DNA from: a virus
DNA: 40,850 bases
Reading direction: 5' to 3' (one strand)
IMG/VR virus record: IMGVR_UViG_3300045155_000039
The notes under the pieces were generated by a model that searched no databases, was not told the origin of the DNA, and saw nothing but the letters and a program-made list of their open reading frames with translations. The translations under genes were made by a program, and so were the position numbers. This document shows positions 16,070 to 24,702 of this stretch, one piece after another; position 1 is the stretch's first letter; each line of letters begins with the position of its first letter.

Positions 16070-16399
16070 ATGTCAGATTATATCGCAACAGATTACGACA
16101 ACCTGATGCAAGACGAATGCAGCCATGTATTCCCAAATATCCATTCTGAGGAATCACAAGAAGAAGTTGATCCATCGGCGCATTGGAACGAAGACGACAA
16201 CGAAACGCCCGTTCACTCAGCGGACTGGTTGTTTATAGGCTACAGAAAGACCGGACTGACACGTACTAAGTTTGTTTTACAGCAAGAAAACTTTCTAAGC
16301 ATGATTGAGGAATTCGGACCATCGTCATTACTTATGAATGAATTAAAGATTGTTAGTGGAGAAGATTGGTTAGATCAAAGACTGGAGGAATTTAAGTGA
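16070..16399 (+). CDS. Acidic hypothetical protein upstream of erf
   Basis: 109 aa, SD AGAGGAGTGGGA. It overlaps erf by 4 nt. Confidence 0.6.
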   Translation: MSDYIATDYDNLMQDECSHVFPNIHSEESQEEVDPSAHWNEDDNETPVHSADWLFIGYRKTGLTRTKFVLQQENFLSMIEEFGPSSLLMNELKIVSGEDWLDQRLEEFK

Positions 16400-17040
16400 G
16401 CGATAAAGAACGAACATTTCTAGAGAGAGTATCTCTTTTGATAACAGAATTGAAAGCTCCCAAGAGTCAAAGAAATAATTTTGGTAAATACAACTATAGA
16501 AGTGCCGAAGATATTCTGGAAGCAGTAAAGCCGCTGGCAAACAATTACGGCTTGGTACCTAAACTTTCTGATGAACCAGTTATGATAGGCGATTGGCATT
16601 ACATTAAAGCGACCGCATCTATCAAAGATGTAAAAACAGGGGAAGAAGAAATCGCAACAGCTTACGCTAGAGAACCACTGGCTAAAAAGGGAATGGATGA
16701 ATCTCAAATAACAGGAACAGCTTCATCTTATGCCCGTAAATATGCAATGAACGGACTTTATCAGATTGATGATACCAAGGATGCAGATTCGGATGAATAT
16801 ACCGAGCAAGTTAAGCAAGCAACACCTAAGCCAATTACAAAATCGCAACAAGAAGCTTTGCAAAAACGATCTGATGAAATTGCTAAGATGGCTAAACTTG
16901 AAAGCAAAAATTTCTTTGACCAGATTACGGAAAAGAAAATTGGTTACTCAGTAGATATCAGCAAGGTTAACACAGAACAACTCGGGACATTGACTAGATA
17001 TCTGAATGAACTGGAAAAATACTATCAAGGCAAGAAGTGA
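16396..17040 (+). CDS. erf: ERF-family single-strand annealing recombinase
   Basis: Motifs NFGKYNYRSAEDILEAVKP and TGTASSYARKYAMNGLYQIDD are typical of Erf. Confidence 0.85.
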   Translation: MSDKERTFLERVSLLITELKAPKSQRNNFGKYNYRSAEDILEAVKPLANNYGLVPKLSDEPVMIGDWHYIKATASIKDVKTGEEEIATAYAREPLAKKGMDESQITGTASSYARKYAMNGLYQIDDTKDADSDEYTEQVKQATPKPITKSQQEALQKRSDEIAKMAKLESKNFFDQITEKKIGYSVDISKVNTEQLGTLTRYLNELEKYYQGKK

Positions 17041-17045
17041 TTTGA

Positions 17046-17723
17046 ATGAACAATCTTTCGTATCTAGCAAAAATAACAAATGTCGATGGAGACAAAGTCA
17101 CTTTACAACTCAAAGAGTCGCTAAACATCGAACGACTCAAAACAATCTTTGATGGATATGACGGCGAGCGACAAGCGGAAATATTCATCAAAGACCCACG
17201 AGGGTTCACAGTCGAGCAGAGACGCTTCACATTCGCTTTAATGCAAGACATATATATTTACACTGGCGAGCCATTAGAGAGCCTTAAAGACGTGTTCTAT
17301 TGGCAATTTCGATACTTCACAGGGAAGAACATTAGCTTGTCAAATAAATCGGAGAACACAGTCGATGAAGTTTCAACATTAGATGAATTGATCCTAGATT
17401 TCATCTTCGCAAATGACATTCCGTTTCGTGAAGGTTATGAGATTCCGCCACAAAACGAACAGTACTTTTTCTATAAATGTGTGACAAACAGGACCTGCTG
17501 CATTTGCGGTAAAAAGAACGCTGACATCGATCACTTTGACAAAGCTTTAGGAAGACGAAAGCGGAAAGAAGTAGATCACACAGAATTTACTTTTGCAGCA
17601 CTTTGCAGACTCCATCATACCGAGAAGCATCAAATAGGAATTACAGAGTTTAAGAACAAGTATCACGTTATTGGTATCAAACTGAATCAAGACGAGATTA
17701 AAAAGTTGAGGATCGGAGGTTAA
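17046..17723 (+). CDS. Zinc-finger / HNH-like nuclease-domain protein
   Basis: The C-terminus CCICGKKNADIDHFD...EVDHTEF..CRLHHTEKH is a Cys/His HNH-type motif. Confidence 0.55.
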   Translation: MNNLSYLAKITNVDGDKVTLQLKESLNIERLKTIFDGYDGERQAEIFIKDPRGFTVEQRRFTFALMQDIYIYTGEPLESLKDVFYWQFRYFTGKNISLSNKSENTVDEVSTLDELILDFIFANDIPFREGYEIPPQNEQYFFYKCVTNRTCCICGKKNADIDHFDKALGRRKRKEVDHTEFTFAALCRLHHTEKHQIGITEFKNKYHVIGIKLNQDEIKKLRIGG

Positions 17724-17727
17724 GAAC

Positions 17728-18543
17728 TTGGCTGAAATAAGTTGGATTAAGCTTAGCACTGGTTTGCCAGACAACAAAAAAATTAAGCGTATCAGAAAGC
17801 TTCCAGAAGGCGACAAGGTTATCTTGTTTTGGGTATTCCTCTTAGCTAGAGCAGGAGAGAGCAACCAAAGCGGAGGAATCTTCCTAACGGATACTATGCC
17901 TTATCAAGAGGAAGACTTAGCTGCAGACTTTGATTTCAATATTGAATTTGTTCAATTTGCCTTAATTACTCTTGAAAAATACTCAATGATAACAAGATAT
18001 CAAGATATTTTGTTTATCAAAAATTGGGAAGAATACCAGTCTATTGAGGGTTTGGAAAAGGTAAGGGAACAGAATAGAATACGTCAGGCAAGGCACAAAG
18101 AGAAACAAAGACAACTAACGTTAGGTAACGTTAGCGCTAACGTTAGTGGTAACGCGGAAGTAACGGCGAGTAACGCAACAGATATAGATAAAGAATTAGA
18201 TAAAGAAAGAGATATAGATAAAGAGAAAATACCATATAGCGAAATCATCAAATACTTGAACGAAGCAACAAGTAAATCATTCAAAGTTACTCAGAAATGG
18301 AAAGACATGATCAAAGCAAGATGGAATGAAGGTCAACGACTAGATGATTTCAAAAAAGTAATTGATGTGAAAACAAAACAATGGTTGAACAACCAAGAAA
18401 TGAATAAGTACCTAAGACCAGCAACACTCTTTGGAAATAAGTTTGATGATTATTTGAATGAGTATCGTCCACAAGTTAATTCTTCAATCTCTGATGAAAT
18501 TGCTGAATCGCAAAGGAGGTTGTCTGAAGCCTATGAACAATGA
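17728..18543 (+). CDS. Replisome organizer (phage_rep_org_N plus conserved phage C-terminal domain)
   Basis: The N-terminus is ISWIKLSTGLPDNKKIKRIRKLPEGDKVILFWVFLL. The C-terminus is IIKYLNE..FK......IKARWNEG...DFKKVID.K...W......YLRPATLFG.KFD.YLN. Confidence 0.85.
   Translation: MAEISWIKLSTGLPDNKKIKRIRKLPEGDKVILFWVFLLARAGESNQSGGIFLTDTMPYQEEDLAADFDFNIEFVQFALITLEKYSMITRYQDILFIKNWEEYQSIEGLEKVREQNRIRQARHKEKQRQLTLGNVSANVSGNAEVTASNATDIDKELDKERDIDKEKIPYSEIIKYLNEATSKSFKVTQKWKDMIKARWNEGQRLDDFKKVIDVKTKQWLNNQEMNKYLRPATLFGNKFDDYLNEYRPQVNSSISDEIAESQRRLSEAYEQ
18116..18175 (+). repeat. Iteron array: six TAACG units at 10-12 nt phasing, including an 18-bp perfect palindrome (18127-18144)
   Basis: TAACG starts at 18116, 18126, 18138, 18150, 18161 and 18171. 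AACGTTAGCGCTAACGTT is self-complementary. Confidence 0.75.
18181..18224 (+). repeat. AT-rich direct repeats GATATAGATAAAGA x2 flanking the iterons
   Basis: Identical 14-mers at 18181-18194 and 18211-18224. Confidence 0.75.
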
Positions 18544-19771
18544 GTTAAAACTTGTGGCTGAAATGCTCAACAATCCATCAATCATTACCAACATTGATAT
18601 TGATTCGGAATGGTTTGAAAGTCCTCAGTGCAAATTGATTGTAGAGTCAATGACTAGACTGCGAGGAATGATATACACCACCGAACAGGTCCATCGAGAA
18701 ATGCGAACCATTGATTACTTTAAAGCGGGGACAGTAGATGAATTAGACATCTTGAAGAATTCTGCGAATCAGCTTGGAATCGAAAGAGAACTAGCACGAA
18801 TCATACACAATGATTATCTTGATCGCAAGTTGCATTCTGCGTCCATAAAATACGCTGAGACGCTTTCTAAGACAGATGGCGATAAGTTAACACGCTTGCT
18901 AGAAGAAAAGCGTGACGTGAACCATATTAAGTCTGATGGCAAGTTGGACAAAGCATTCTCTGAATTTTCGGAGAACTTGGATAAGCCAAGCGATGTTCTA
19001 ACGACATACAAACCGCTGGATGCATTTCTTGGTGGTGGGCTAACTGGTGGCAAGTTGATTGTCTTAGCAGGGAGACCAGCTACAGGGAAAACGGCGTTTG
19101 CTTTAAACATCATGCACAAATTATTTACAGATAACGAAAATGTTCAGTGCGACTTTTTCACTTTCGAAATGGGTCAAAACGAGTTAATGACTCGACTGGT
19201 TTCAAAAGAGACACATATCAACTCACTTCTATTCGTGGGTAAGGATAAGCTGTCGCAGGAAAATAAAATCAAGGCACGCAAAGCTTATGAGGAAATGAAA
19301 AATACATTCGATTTACGTGTCTATACATCCGAGTACTCAAACTTGAACGATATTAAATACGCAATTAAGCAGCGTTTGAGTGATAAGAAGTATGTCGTGT
19401 TTGTAGACTACGCAGGGTTGATCACAGTTAACGACACTCGCAAAAATGAGCGTCAAGTGATGAACGAAGTCACACGAGAGTTGAAGAAGCTCACAACAGA
19501 CTACGGAATCACCATTGTGTTACTAGCTCAGTTAAGCAGGGCAGTCGAGCAACGACAAGACAAGCGGCCAATGCTCAGTGATTTGAAAGAGTCTGGATCC
19601 TTAGAACAAGATGCGAATGTCACACTCTTGCTTTCAGCTGACGATAAAGACAGCCGAAAGATTCGATGTGATGTAGCGAAAAATAGGGAAGGCATGACAG
19701 GAGTTGCGCCATTTATCTTCGACAAGAAGTTTATGGATTTCTCAGTAGACTTTGACGAATGGAGAGGTTAG
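18533..19771 (+). CDS. Replicative DNA helicase (DnaB-like)
   Basis: Start MNNELKL at 18533. Walker A is GRPATGKTAF and Walker B is VVFVDYAGL. The C-terminal motifs are LAQLSR..E and SDLKESGSLEQDA. Confidence 0.9.
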   Translation: MNNELKLVAEMLNNPSIITNIDIDSEWFESPQCKLIVESMTRLRGMIYTTEQVHREMRTIDYFKAGTVDELDILKNSANQLGIERELARIIHNDYLDRKLHSASIKYAETLSKTDGDKLTRLLEEKRDVNHIKSDGKLDKAFSEFSENLDKPSDVLTTYKPLDAFLGGGLTGGKLIVLAGRPATGKTAFALNIMHKLFTDNENVQCDFFTFEMGQNELMTRLVSKETHINSLLFVGKDKLSQENKIKARKAYEEMKNTFDLRVYTSEYSNLNDIKYAIKQRLSDKKYVVFVDYAGLITVNDTRKNERQVMNEVTRELKKLTTDYGITIVLLAQLSRAVEQRQDKRPMLSDLKESGSLEQDANVTLLLSADDKDSRKIRCDVAKNREGMTGVAPFIFDKKFMDFSVDFDEWRG

Positions 19772-20020
19772 ATGGACGGAAAAACATATCTGGCTATCTT
19801 CCAAGAAAACGGCCTTGTGCGATCGGACTTAGTCAAAATATTGGAGCATCAAGTAAAAGTGTTCCAAGAAAAAAATATGCCAGCGAACGCAGAAGAAGCT
19901 AAGTGGTTGGCAATCGAAATAGCTGAGGAAGAAAAAGCACAAGGCTATCCATTCTTAAATGGCAATGAAACTAGAGAACAGATCGCACAACGATACTTGA
20001 AAGGGATGAAACTATTCTGA
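19772..20020 (+). CDS. Hypothetical protein
   Basis: 82 aa. Its ATG abuts the helicase stop. Confidence 0.6.
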   Translation: MDGKTYLAIFQENGLVRSDLVKILEHQVKVFQEKNMPANAEEAKWLAIEIAEEEKAQGYPFLNGNETREQIAQRYLKGMKLF

Positions 20021-20358
20021 ATGAATTAGATTTACAAAAGCAAATCAGAAATTCACTCAAGGTAATCGGGCATGATTGCTGGAAAGTTGATACAGGCCCA
20101 GTCAAACGAGCTAGTCATAAGCAAATGAATCTTGAAAAAGGATTCCCTGATTTGTTCGGATTTCGGAAAGATGACAAAAGGATTTTCTTTATAGAAATCA
20201 AAATGCCGAAAGGAAAATTAAAACAAGAGCAAAAAGAATTCCTTTTAGATAAAAATCGGAAAGGTTGTCTCAATGGAGTAGCTAGGAATCTTGTTGAAGC
20301 AATCGAAATAATTCAAGGTATTAGAACGATTGAAAATGAATTGGAGGAAACGAAATGA
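20014..20358 (+). CDS. VRR-NUC domain nuclease (start codon non-canonical or unresolved)
   Basis: The frame is open from 19975. The domain sequence ELDLQKQIRNSLKVIGHDCWKV...GFPDLFGF...FIEIKMPKGKLKQEQ begins upstream of the first ATG (20125). ATT 20014 and CTG 20017 follow an AAGGGA SD. Confidence 0.7.
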   Translation: MLNELDLQKQIRNSLKVIGHDCWKVDTGPVKRASHKQMNLEKGFPDLFGFRKDDKRIFFIEIKMPKGKLKQEQKEFLLDKNRKGCLNGVARNLVEAIEIIQGIRTIENELEETK

Positions 20359-20813
20359 TTAACAACGTAACTTTACAAGGAAAACTAGGCAAGGACATCG
20401 ACCTTAAATACACGCAAAGTGGTAAAGCAGTGGGCACAACAAGTATTGCTGTGGATCGTGATTTTAAGAACGCCAATGGAGAAAAAGAAACAGATTGGGT
20501 GAACATCGTGTTCTGGGGGAAAACCGCTGAAACAGTTGCTAACTACTTCAGAAAAGGTGACGAAATTCTAGTCGTCGGAAGAATCCAAACACGCAGCTAC
20601 GAAGATAATTCAGGCGGCAGAAAATATGTAACAGAAGTTGTGGCGGATAAGTTTAGCTTCACAACTGGTCGTAAGAGCCAAAATACGCAAGATGGCGGCG
20701 TTTCAAATAGTCAAACGACTAATAATGCCAACGCTCACCAAAACCGCAACAATGTTCAATCAGACCCATTCAGCAATTCATCGATCGATATTGATGATAG
20801 CCTTCCATTTTGA
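20355..20813 (+). CDS. ssb: Single-stranded DNA-binding protein
   Basis: OB-fold motifs NNVTLQGKLGKD and WVNIVFWGKTAE are present, with an acidic tail DIDDSLPF. Confidence 0.95.
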   Translation: MINNVTLQGKLGKDIDLKYTQSGKAVGTTSIAVDRDFKNANGEKETDWVNIVFWGKTAETVANYFRKGDEILVVGRIQTRSYEDNSGGRKYVTEVVADKFSFTTGRKSQNTQDGGVSNSQTTNNANAHQNRNNVQSDPFSNSSIDIDDSLPF

Positions 20814-20824
20814 GAGGTGAGCAG

Positions 20825-20986
20825 ATGACACCGACACAAGAAAGCATACGCAAACTATCAGATGCAGAGTTAATAGCACAACTAAAAATCGTACGCAGCG
20901 CACAAAGGCGATTTGATTTCCGTGAAAAATGGATTTGTGAAGAAATGGAACGGAGGAGCAAAGATGAACAAACAAGAATTGATTGA
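20825..20986 (+). CDS. Small hypothetical protein (53 aa, below the ORF-track cutoff)
   Basis: ATG after GAGAGGTGAGCAG. Read by hand as MTPTQESIRKLSDAELIAQLKIVRSAQRRFDFREKWICEEMERRSKDEQTRID. Confidence 0.45.
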   Translation: MTPTQESIRKLSDAELIAQLKIVRSAQRRFDFREKWICEEMERRSKDEQTRID

Positions 20987-21524
20987 GAAGTTGGACGAGA
21001 TCATAACAAATTATAAAGAGCGAGCTAAAGACAAATATGTTCTCCCTTCGAGCAAAAATATACTTATGAGTAGAGTCTATGGTTTAGCGCAAGCAAAAAC
21101 ATTGGTTGAAGAGTTAGAAGAAATCCCATTAGTGACAGTGCCGTGGAGTATTGAGGAACACATGAAAGCTTGTAAATTTGCAGGCGACAACATGCATGAA
21201 TCTATTTTATCAGCTAGTTCTGAAATTTGTGGGTGGTACATGGCGAATTCTGAAATCTACGAACAAGCATGGACGAACGGTTATGAAGTGGAGAAAGAAC
21301 CGCTGTATTTAGTTAAGGTACCTATACTTAATTGGAACGGAGATAGTTCCGAATTCGAAACAAAATTTGTCTATCTTGTATGGAACATAACCAGCGGGGA
21401 ATATAATTTATCCGCAATAGATAAAGATACCGAAAGATGGAGAGCATCTTTAACCGAATCAGAAATCAAGTCAATCGATGAAAGATATTGGGCGTTCGCA
21501 GTACAAGTGGAGGAACCCAAATGA
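20964..21524 (+). CDS. DUF1642-like protein (paralog 1)
   Basis: ATG at 20964 after GGAGGAG. The C-terminus SEIKSIDERYWAFAVQVEE is shared with 25316-25642. Confidence 0.65.
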   Translation: MNKQELIEKLDEIITNYKERAKDKYVLPSSKNILMSRVYGLAQAKTLVEELEEIPLVTVPWSIEEHMKACKFAGDNMHESILSASSEICGWYMANSEIYEQAWTNGYEVEKEPLYLVKVPILNWNGDSSEFETKFVYLVWNITSGEYNLSAIDKDTERWRASLTESEIKSIDERYWAFAVQVEEPK

Positions 21525-21709
21525 AACTAGTAGACACAGTAACAGGCGTTCAAGACGGTAAGTATAGCCCACCGCCACGAGTAGTCAGAAAGCAACGGAG
21601 AGTAAAAGCAGGCATCGAGTATTGGTGCGTGACCGGACGTTTTACAAAACCTTTCAAAGCAGTGTGTGTCAAAGTGCTTGAGAACTCAGCTCGATCGGAC
21701 AGTTGTTAG
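21521..21709 (+). CDS. Hypothetical basic protein
   Basis: ATGA overlap start at 21521. 62 aa. Confidence 0.5.
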   Translation: MKLVDTVTGVQDGKYSPPPRVVRKQRRVKAGIEYWCVTGRFTKPFKAVCVKVLENSARSDSC

Positions 21710-21733
21710 ATTGAGAGATATGAAGAGGGTGGA

Positions 21734-22048
21734 ATGATGGCTAACAAAGAAGATTTGTATCGGTTGGAAAAGTTAGTTAATACGCCAGGTGCTGATGAAG
21801 ACGAAATTAGAGTTTTGAGAAAGGCTTTGTGGGGAAAGAGTTACGATCGACCAAAGCAGAATAGATACAACTCAACGCCAGTCAGATTTACTTTTCCAGA
21901 TGGTGAAGTCAAAGAATTCAGCACACAGCGTGAAGCCGCAGAGATGTCAGGGCTGAACAAATGGACTTTGGATCGAGCATGCAGATTGCAGATACCTTTG
22001 AAGAAAGGCAATTTTGCAGGTGCAACGGTCGAGATATTGAGTCAGTAA
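21734..22048 (+). CDS. Hypothetical protein with a NUMOD1/IENR-like DNA-binding motif
   Basis: FTFPDGEVKEFSTQREAAEMSGLNKWTLDRAC resembles the C-terminal DNA-binding modules of homing endonucleases. No nuclease domain is present. Confidence 0.5.
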   Translation: MMANKEDLYRLEKLVNTPGADEDEIRVLRKALWGKSYDRPKQNRYNSTPVRFTFPDGEVKEFSTQREAAEMSGLNKWTLDRACRLQIPLKKGNFAGATVEILSQ

Positions 22049-22085
22049 GTGGCAGAAATATAAATTATCTGAAATGAGGTATCAA

Positions 22086-22325
22086 ATGAGTGCAAGAGAG
22101 GAACTCATCGAGATAGTTAACTATCAAAACAGTTTTGTGAAAATGGGGCACAGAATAAATTTTGATTCCTTATGTTCACTTATAGCAACAGATGATGCTT
22201 TATGTAATAGCCGCAGTACAAATCAGAAGGTTTGCGTAACGATCGTAAACAAATATATGACCGAAGAAGAATGTCAGATTATTTTAGAAAAGTTAATTTC
22301 TGAATCGGAAGAGATACAAAACTAG
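22086..22325 (+). CDS. Hypothetical protein
   Basis: ATG at 22086, preceded by GAAATGAGGTAT SD context. Confidence 0.55.
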   Translation: MSAREELIEIVNYQNSFVKMGHRINFDSLCSLIATDDALCNSRSTNQKVCVTIVNKYMTEEECQIILEKLISESEEIQN

Positions 22326-22336
22326 GAGGAAACATT

Positions 22337-22555
22337 ATGAAAATTGATGTCGAGCTTATCGAAGAAATGTTGCAAAAAAGCAAATCGGATATTTATCCTG
22401 ACGACTATTTGGGTGAGTGCGAAGTAGAAGAGGGTTCCGAAGAAGAAGAATTCATCTATGAAAACTTTACTAGTATCAATAACTACATCATTAAGCGCTT
22501 AGAAACAAGATTGGCTTTTATGAAGCACGGTCTTAAAAATGAAGTCAGTAATTGA
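22337..22555 (+). CDS. Acidic hypothetical protein
   Basis: 72 aa, SD AGGAGGAAA. Confidence 0.55.
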   Translation: MKIDVELIEEMLQKSKSDIYPDDYLGECEVEEGSEEEEFIYENFTSINNYIIKRLETRLAFMKHGLKNEVSN

Positions 22556-22590
22556 CAGATATTACCAACTAAGAAATGAGGTATTCATAA

Positions 22591-22764
22591 ATGGATAAAG
22601 AAGTAGTAGCAGTATCAAAAAAAGCTGACAAGTATTTTTTAGTCCTTGAAGATGATAGTCGAATCAGAGTAGATTCTAAGGAGTTTCAAAGAGTAAAAAA
22701 ATTATTATCAAAAGGCGCAACTTTATTTTTGGAACCAAATAAAGAAAGTAATTGTGTGGAATAA
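22591..22764 (+). CDS. Small hypothetical protein (57 aa)
   Basis: The ATG is preceded by the same GAAATGAGGTAT context as 22086. Read by hand. Confidence 0.45.
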   Translation: MDKEVVAVSKKADKYFLVLEDDSRIRVDSKEFQRVKKLLSKGATLFLEPNKESNCVE

Positions 22765-22809
22765 AGTTCGCTATCCACCAAAATAACCAACTGAAAGGGG
22801 AAAAAATCT

Positions 22810-23199
22810 ATGAAAGAAAAAGAATTTGAATCAATGAGTGGATCAGTTTTGAAAGTAGTCACCAACAGATCTAATTTGCAATTTTTATTGCCCGATAATG
22901 AAGTGATAGGCGATCACCCAGAGAGAGTTTACCTCTTTGATAAGAAAACTCACCAAAACTTTGGTAACTATTTGCTAAACGAAGGAAACTCTATCTGGAA
23001 AGATTTTACTCCAAAAGAAGCTAACTCACTTGGGAGTGATTATTGCGAATACTACGATAAAAAATATGATAATAATGGTTATTTATCTATTGATGGTAAC
23101 AGAGCGATAAATATTACTGCTTGTTGGAATGCTGAAAGCAGACTTTATCAGTTTACGAAAGCAAAACTACAGTCGTTTGTTTACGATTTGCTGAATTGA
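22810..23199 (+). CDS. Hypothetical protein
   Basis: 129 aa, SD AAAGGGGAAAA. Confidence 0.6.
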   Translation: MKEKEFESMSGSVLKVVTNRSNLQFLLPDNEVIGDHPERVYLFDKKTHQNFGNYLLNEGNSIWKDFTPKEANSLGSDYCEYYDKKYDNNGYLSIDGNRAINITACWNAESRLYQFTKAKLQSFVYDLLN

Positions 23200-23239
23200 T
23201 TTGAAAAGTCCATTATTCGTGAAGTTGGAGGTTTAGATT

Positions 23240-23428
23240 ATGAAATGGAGATTGGTTAGACATCCTTATGGCGGCTGGATGATTGAATATAAAAATGGAG
23301 TTTTCGGGGGTTGGCAAAAAGTTAATGCAGCTAGACATTATCAATGGGAGCCTCCTTTGCCAGCCGTTTTTAAGAAAAAAGAGGAGGCTACTTTGGAAAT
23401 GGCAAAGCTGATAAGTAAATATTCTTAG
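23240..23428 (+). CDS. Hypothetical protein
   Basis: 62 aa, SD GGAGGT. Confidence 0.55.
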   Translation: MKWRLVRHPYGGWMIEYKNGVFGGWQKVNAARHYQWEPPLPAVFKKKEEATLEMAKLISKYS

Positions 23429-23461
23429 TCAGCTATCCGACGAAATAGCAGAAAGTGAGGA

Positions 23462-23818
23462 ATGAATGTGAATGAGTTATTAGATGCAGCAATTGAAGAA
23501 ATTGGTCGAGTGTTGATTGGTAATAAAGATCGAAATACCGAAGAAGTTTATCTGAAAAATGCTATTAGGCACATCCGAGAATACGGCAGTCAACCGCAAC
23601 TCAATTCAAATCAGCAGATTGTCCTGGATTATTTGAAGGGAATAGCCGTAAAAAACGATAATGCTCCGATTGTGACTTTTTCAGCGTTTGGGTATCAACA
23701 CTTTGGTGCAGAGCTACCTACTGATGTCGAGAAAGCTTATCAATCGATGAATGGCAAACAGGATTTAGGTGTTATGAGCGCTTATGTTAATTGGGCATTG
23801 GAACAGGAGGAAGAGTGA
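23462..23818 (+). CDS. Hypothetical protein
   Basis: 118 aa, SD AGTGAGGA. Confidence 0.6.
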   Translation: MNVNELLDAAIEEIGRVLIGNKDRNTEEVYLKNAIRHIREYGSQPQLNSNQQIVLDYLKGIAVKNDNAPIVTFSAFGYQHFGAELPTDVEKAYQSMNGKQDLGVMSAYVNWALEQEEE

Positions 23819-24048
23819 TGAGTGCTAAAGATTGGGAAACCATAATTGCTCCAAGCGGCATGGGCTTTATGAAAGATGAGTTTATTGAACGTCGTGGAAG
23901 AATTAACTATCGGCAGCCATCCCCAAGAAGCGGCACACAGTGCGGTTTTTGTAGCAGTATGAAACCCAAAGACTTACGTAGCTATGATTCGTGTCCAGAA
24001 TGTGGGAAGTCTTTATTTGCTAGAAAACAGCGAAAACACAAGTGGTAA
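23818..24048 (+). CDS. Zinc-ribbon protein
   Basis: Start coupled to the upstream stop. Contains CGFCSS...CPECG. Confidence 0.55.
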   Translation: MSAKDWETIIAPSGMGFMKDEFIERRGRINYRQPSPRSGTQCGFCSSMKPKDLRSYDSCPECGKSLFARKQRKHKW

Positions 24049-24086
24049 TTCCGCAATCGTCAGCGATAAATGAACGGAGGGGAAAA

Positions 24087-24416
24087 ATGACATTTATAGA
24101 TTTTGATCCAAGATACAGATTTTCCTTGATTCATCAGCAAGGCAACATTCGAACAGTACACGGATACTACGACAAAGAAATAGAAGCATCAGTTAAAATT
24201 AAAAACATTCTAGATACTGAAGATATTGAAAATTTGGAGGATGTAATCGAACTTTATAAAGTCGACGTAACTGATCTAGAAGAAAAGCACAATACAGAGT
24301 TAGAAAATATCGATATGCATGATGTATGTTCTGAAAGTCAATTGATTCATAAACTAGTTGTTGATGACAATTTTCTTTGGAAAAGATTTGAGGTTAGCAA
24401 ACATGATACCAAATAG
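24087..24416 (+). CDS. Hypothetical protein
   Basis: ATG at 24087 after GGAGGGGAAAA. Confidence 0.55.
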   Translation: MTFIDFDPRYRFSLIHQQGNIRTVHGYYDKEIEASVKIKNILDTEDIENLEDVIELYKVDVTDLEEKHNTELENIDMHDVCSESQLIHKLVVDDNFLWKRFEVSKHDTK

Positions 24417-24684
24417 CATCAAAGTAGCTGGTATGACATATAAAGTTGAAGAAGTGCCGTTTGTTGAAATTGATGGAGACAGAAACTTTCAAGGGGTCTG
24501 TCTCTATCATGAAAGTACAATCCGAATTCTTGAGACATTGTCAGAAGCCAGAAAAGAACAAACTTTTGTGCATGAGTTGACCCACGCCATCTTTTATGAA
24601 GCTGGGTTTGAGGATCAAGACGAAGACATGATAAACCGAGTGTCCTTGGTTCTACATCAAGTTTTAAAGGATCTTCAGCGATAG
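24403..24684 (+). CDS. Small HExxH zinc-metallopeptidase-like protein
   Basis: 93 aa with motif TFVHELTHAIFYEAG. Confidence 0.6.
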   Translation: MIPNSIKVAGMTYKVEEVPFVEIDGDRNFQGVCLYHESTIRILETLSEARKEQTFVHELTHAIFYEAGFEDQDEDMINRVSLVLHQVLKDLQR

Positions 24685-24702
24685 CAAACAGGAGGGATAA
24701 AC

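Noticed and set aside
18458-18532. N-terminal extensions offered by the ORF track (also 11609-12805, 20913, 21488, 23791, 24042, 24358, 25238 and 29984)
   Set aside because: In each case an internal ATG with a proper SD, or an ATGA/TAATG coupling to the upstream stop, gives a start consistent with the conserved N-terminus. The extensions overlap the preceding gene.
19972-20020. Programmed -1 frameshift from gene 19772-20020 into the VRR-NUC frame
   Set aside because: The frames are offset by -1, but there is no X_XXY_YYZ heptamer in the last codons (ttg aaa ggg atg aaa cta ttc tga). Non-canonical initiation or a sequence error is more parsimonious.
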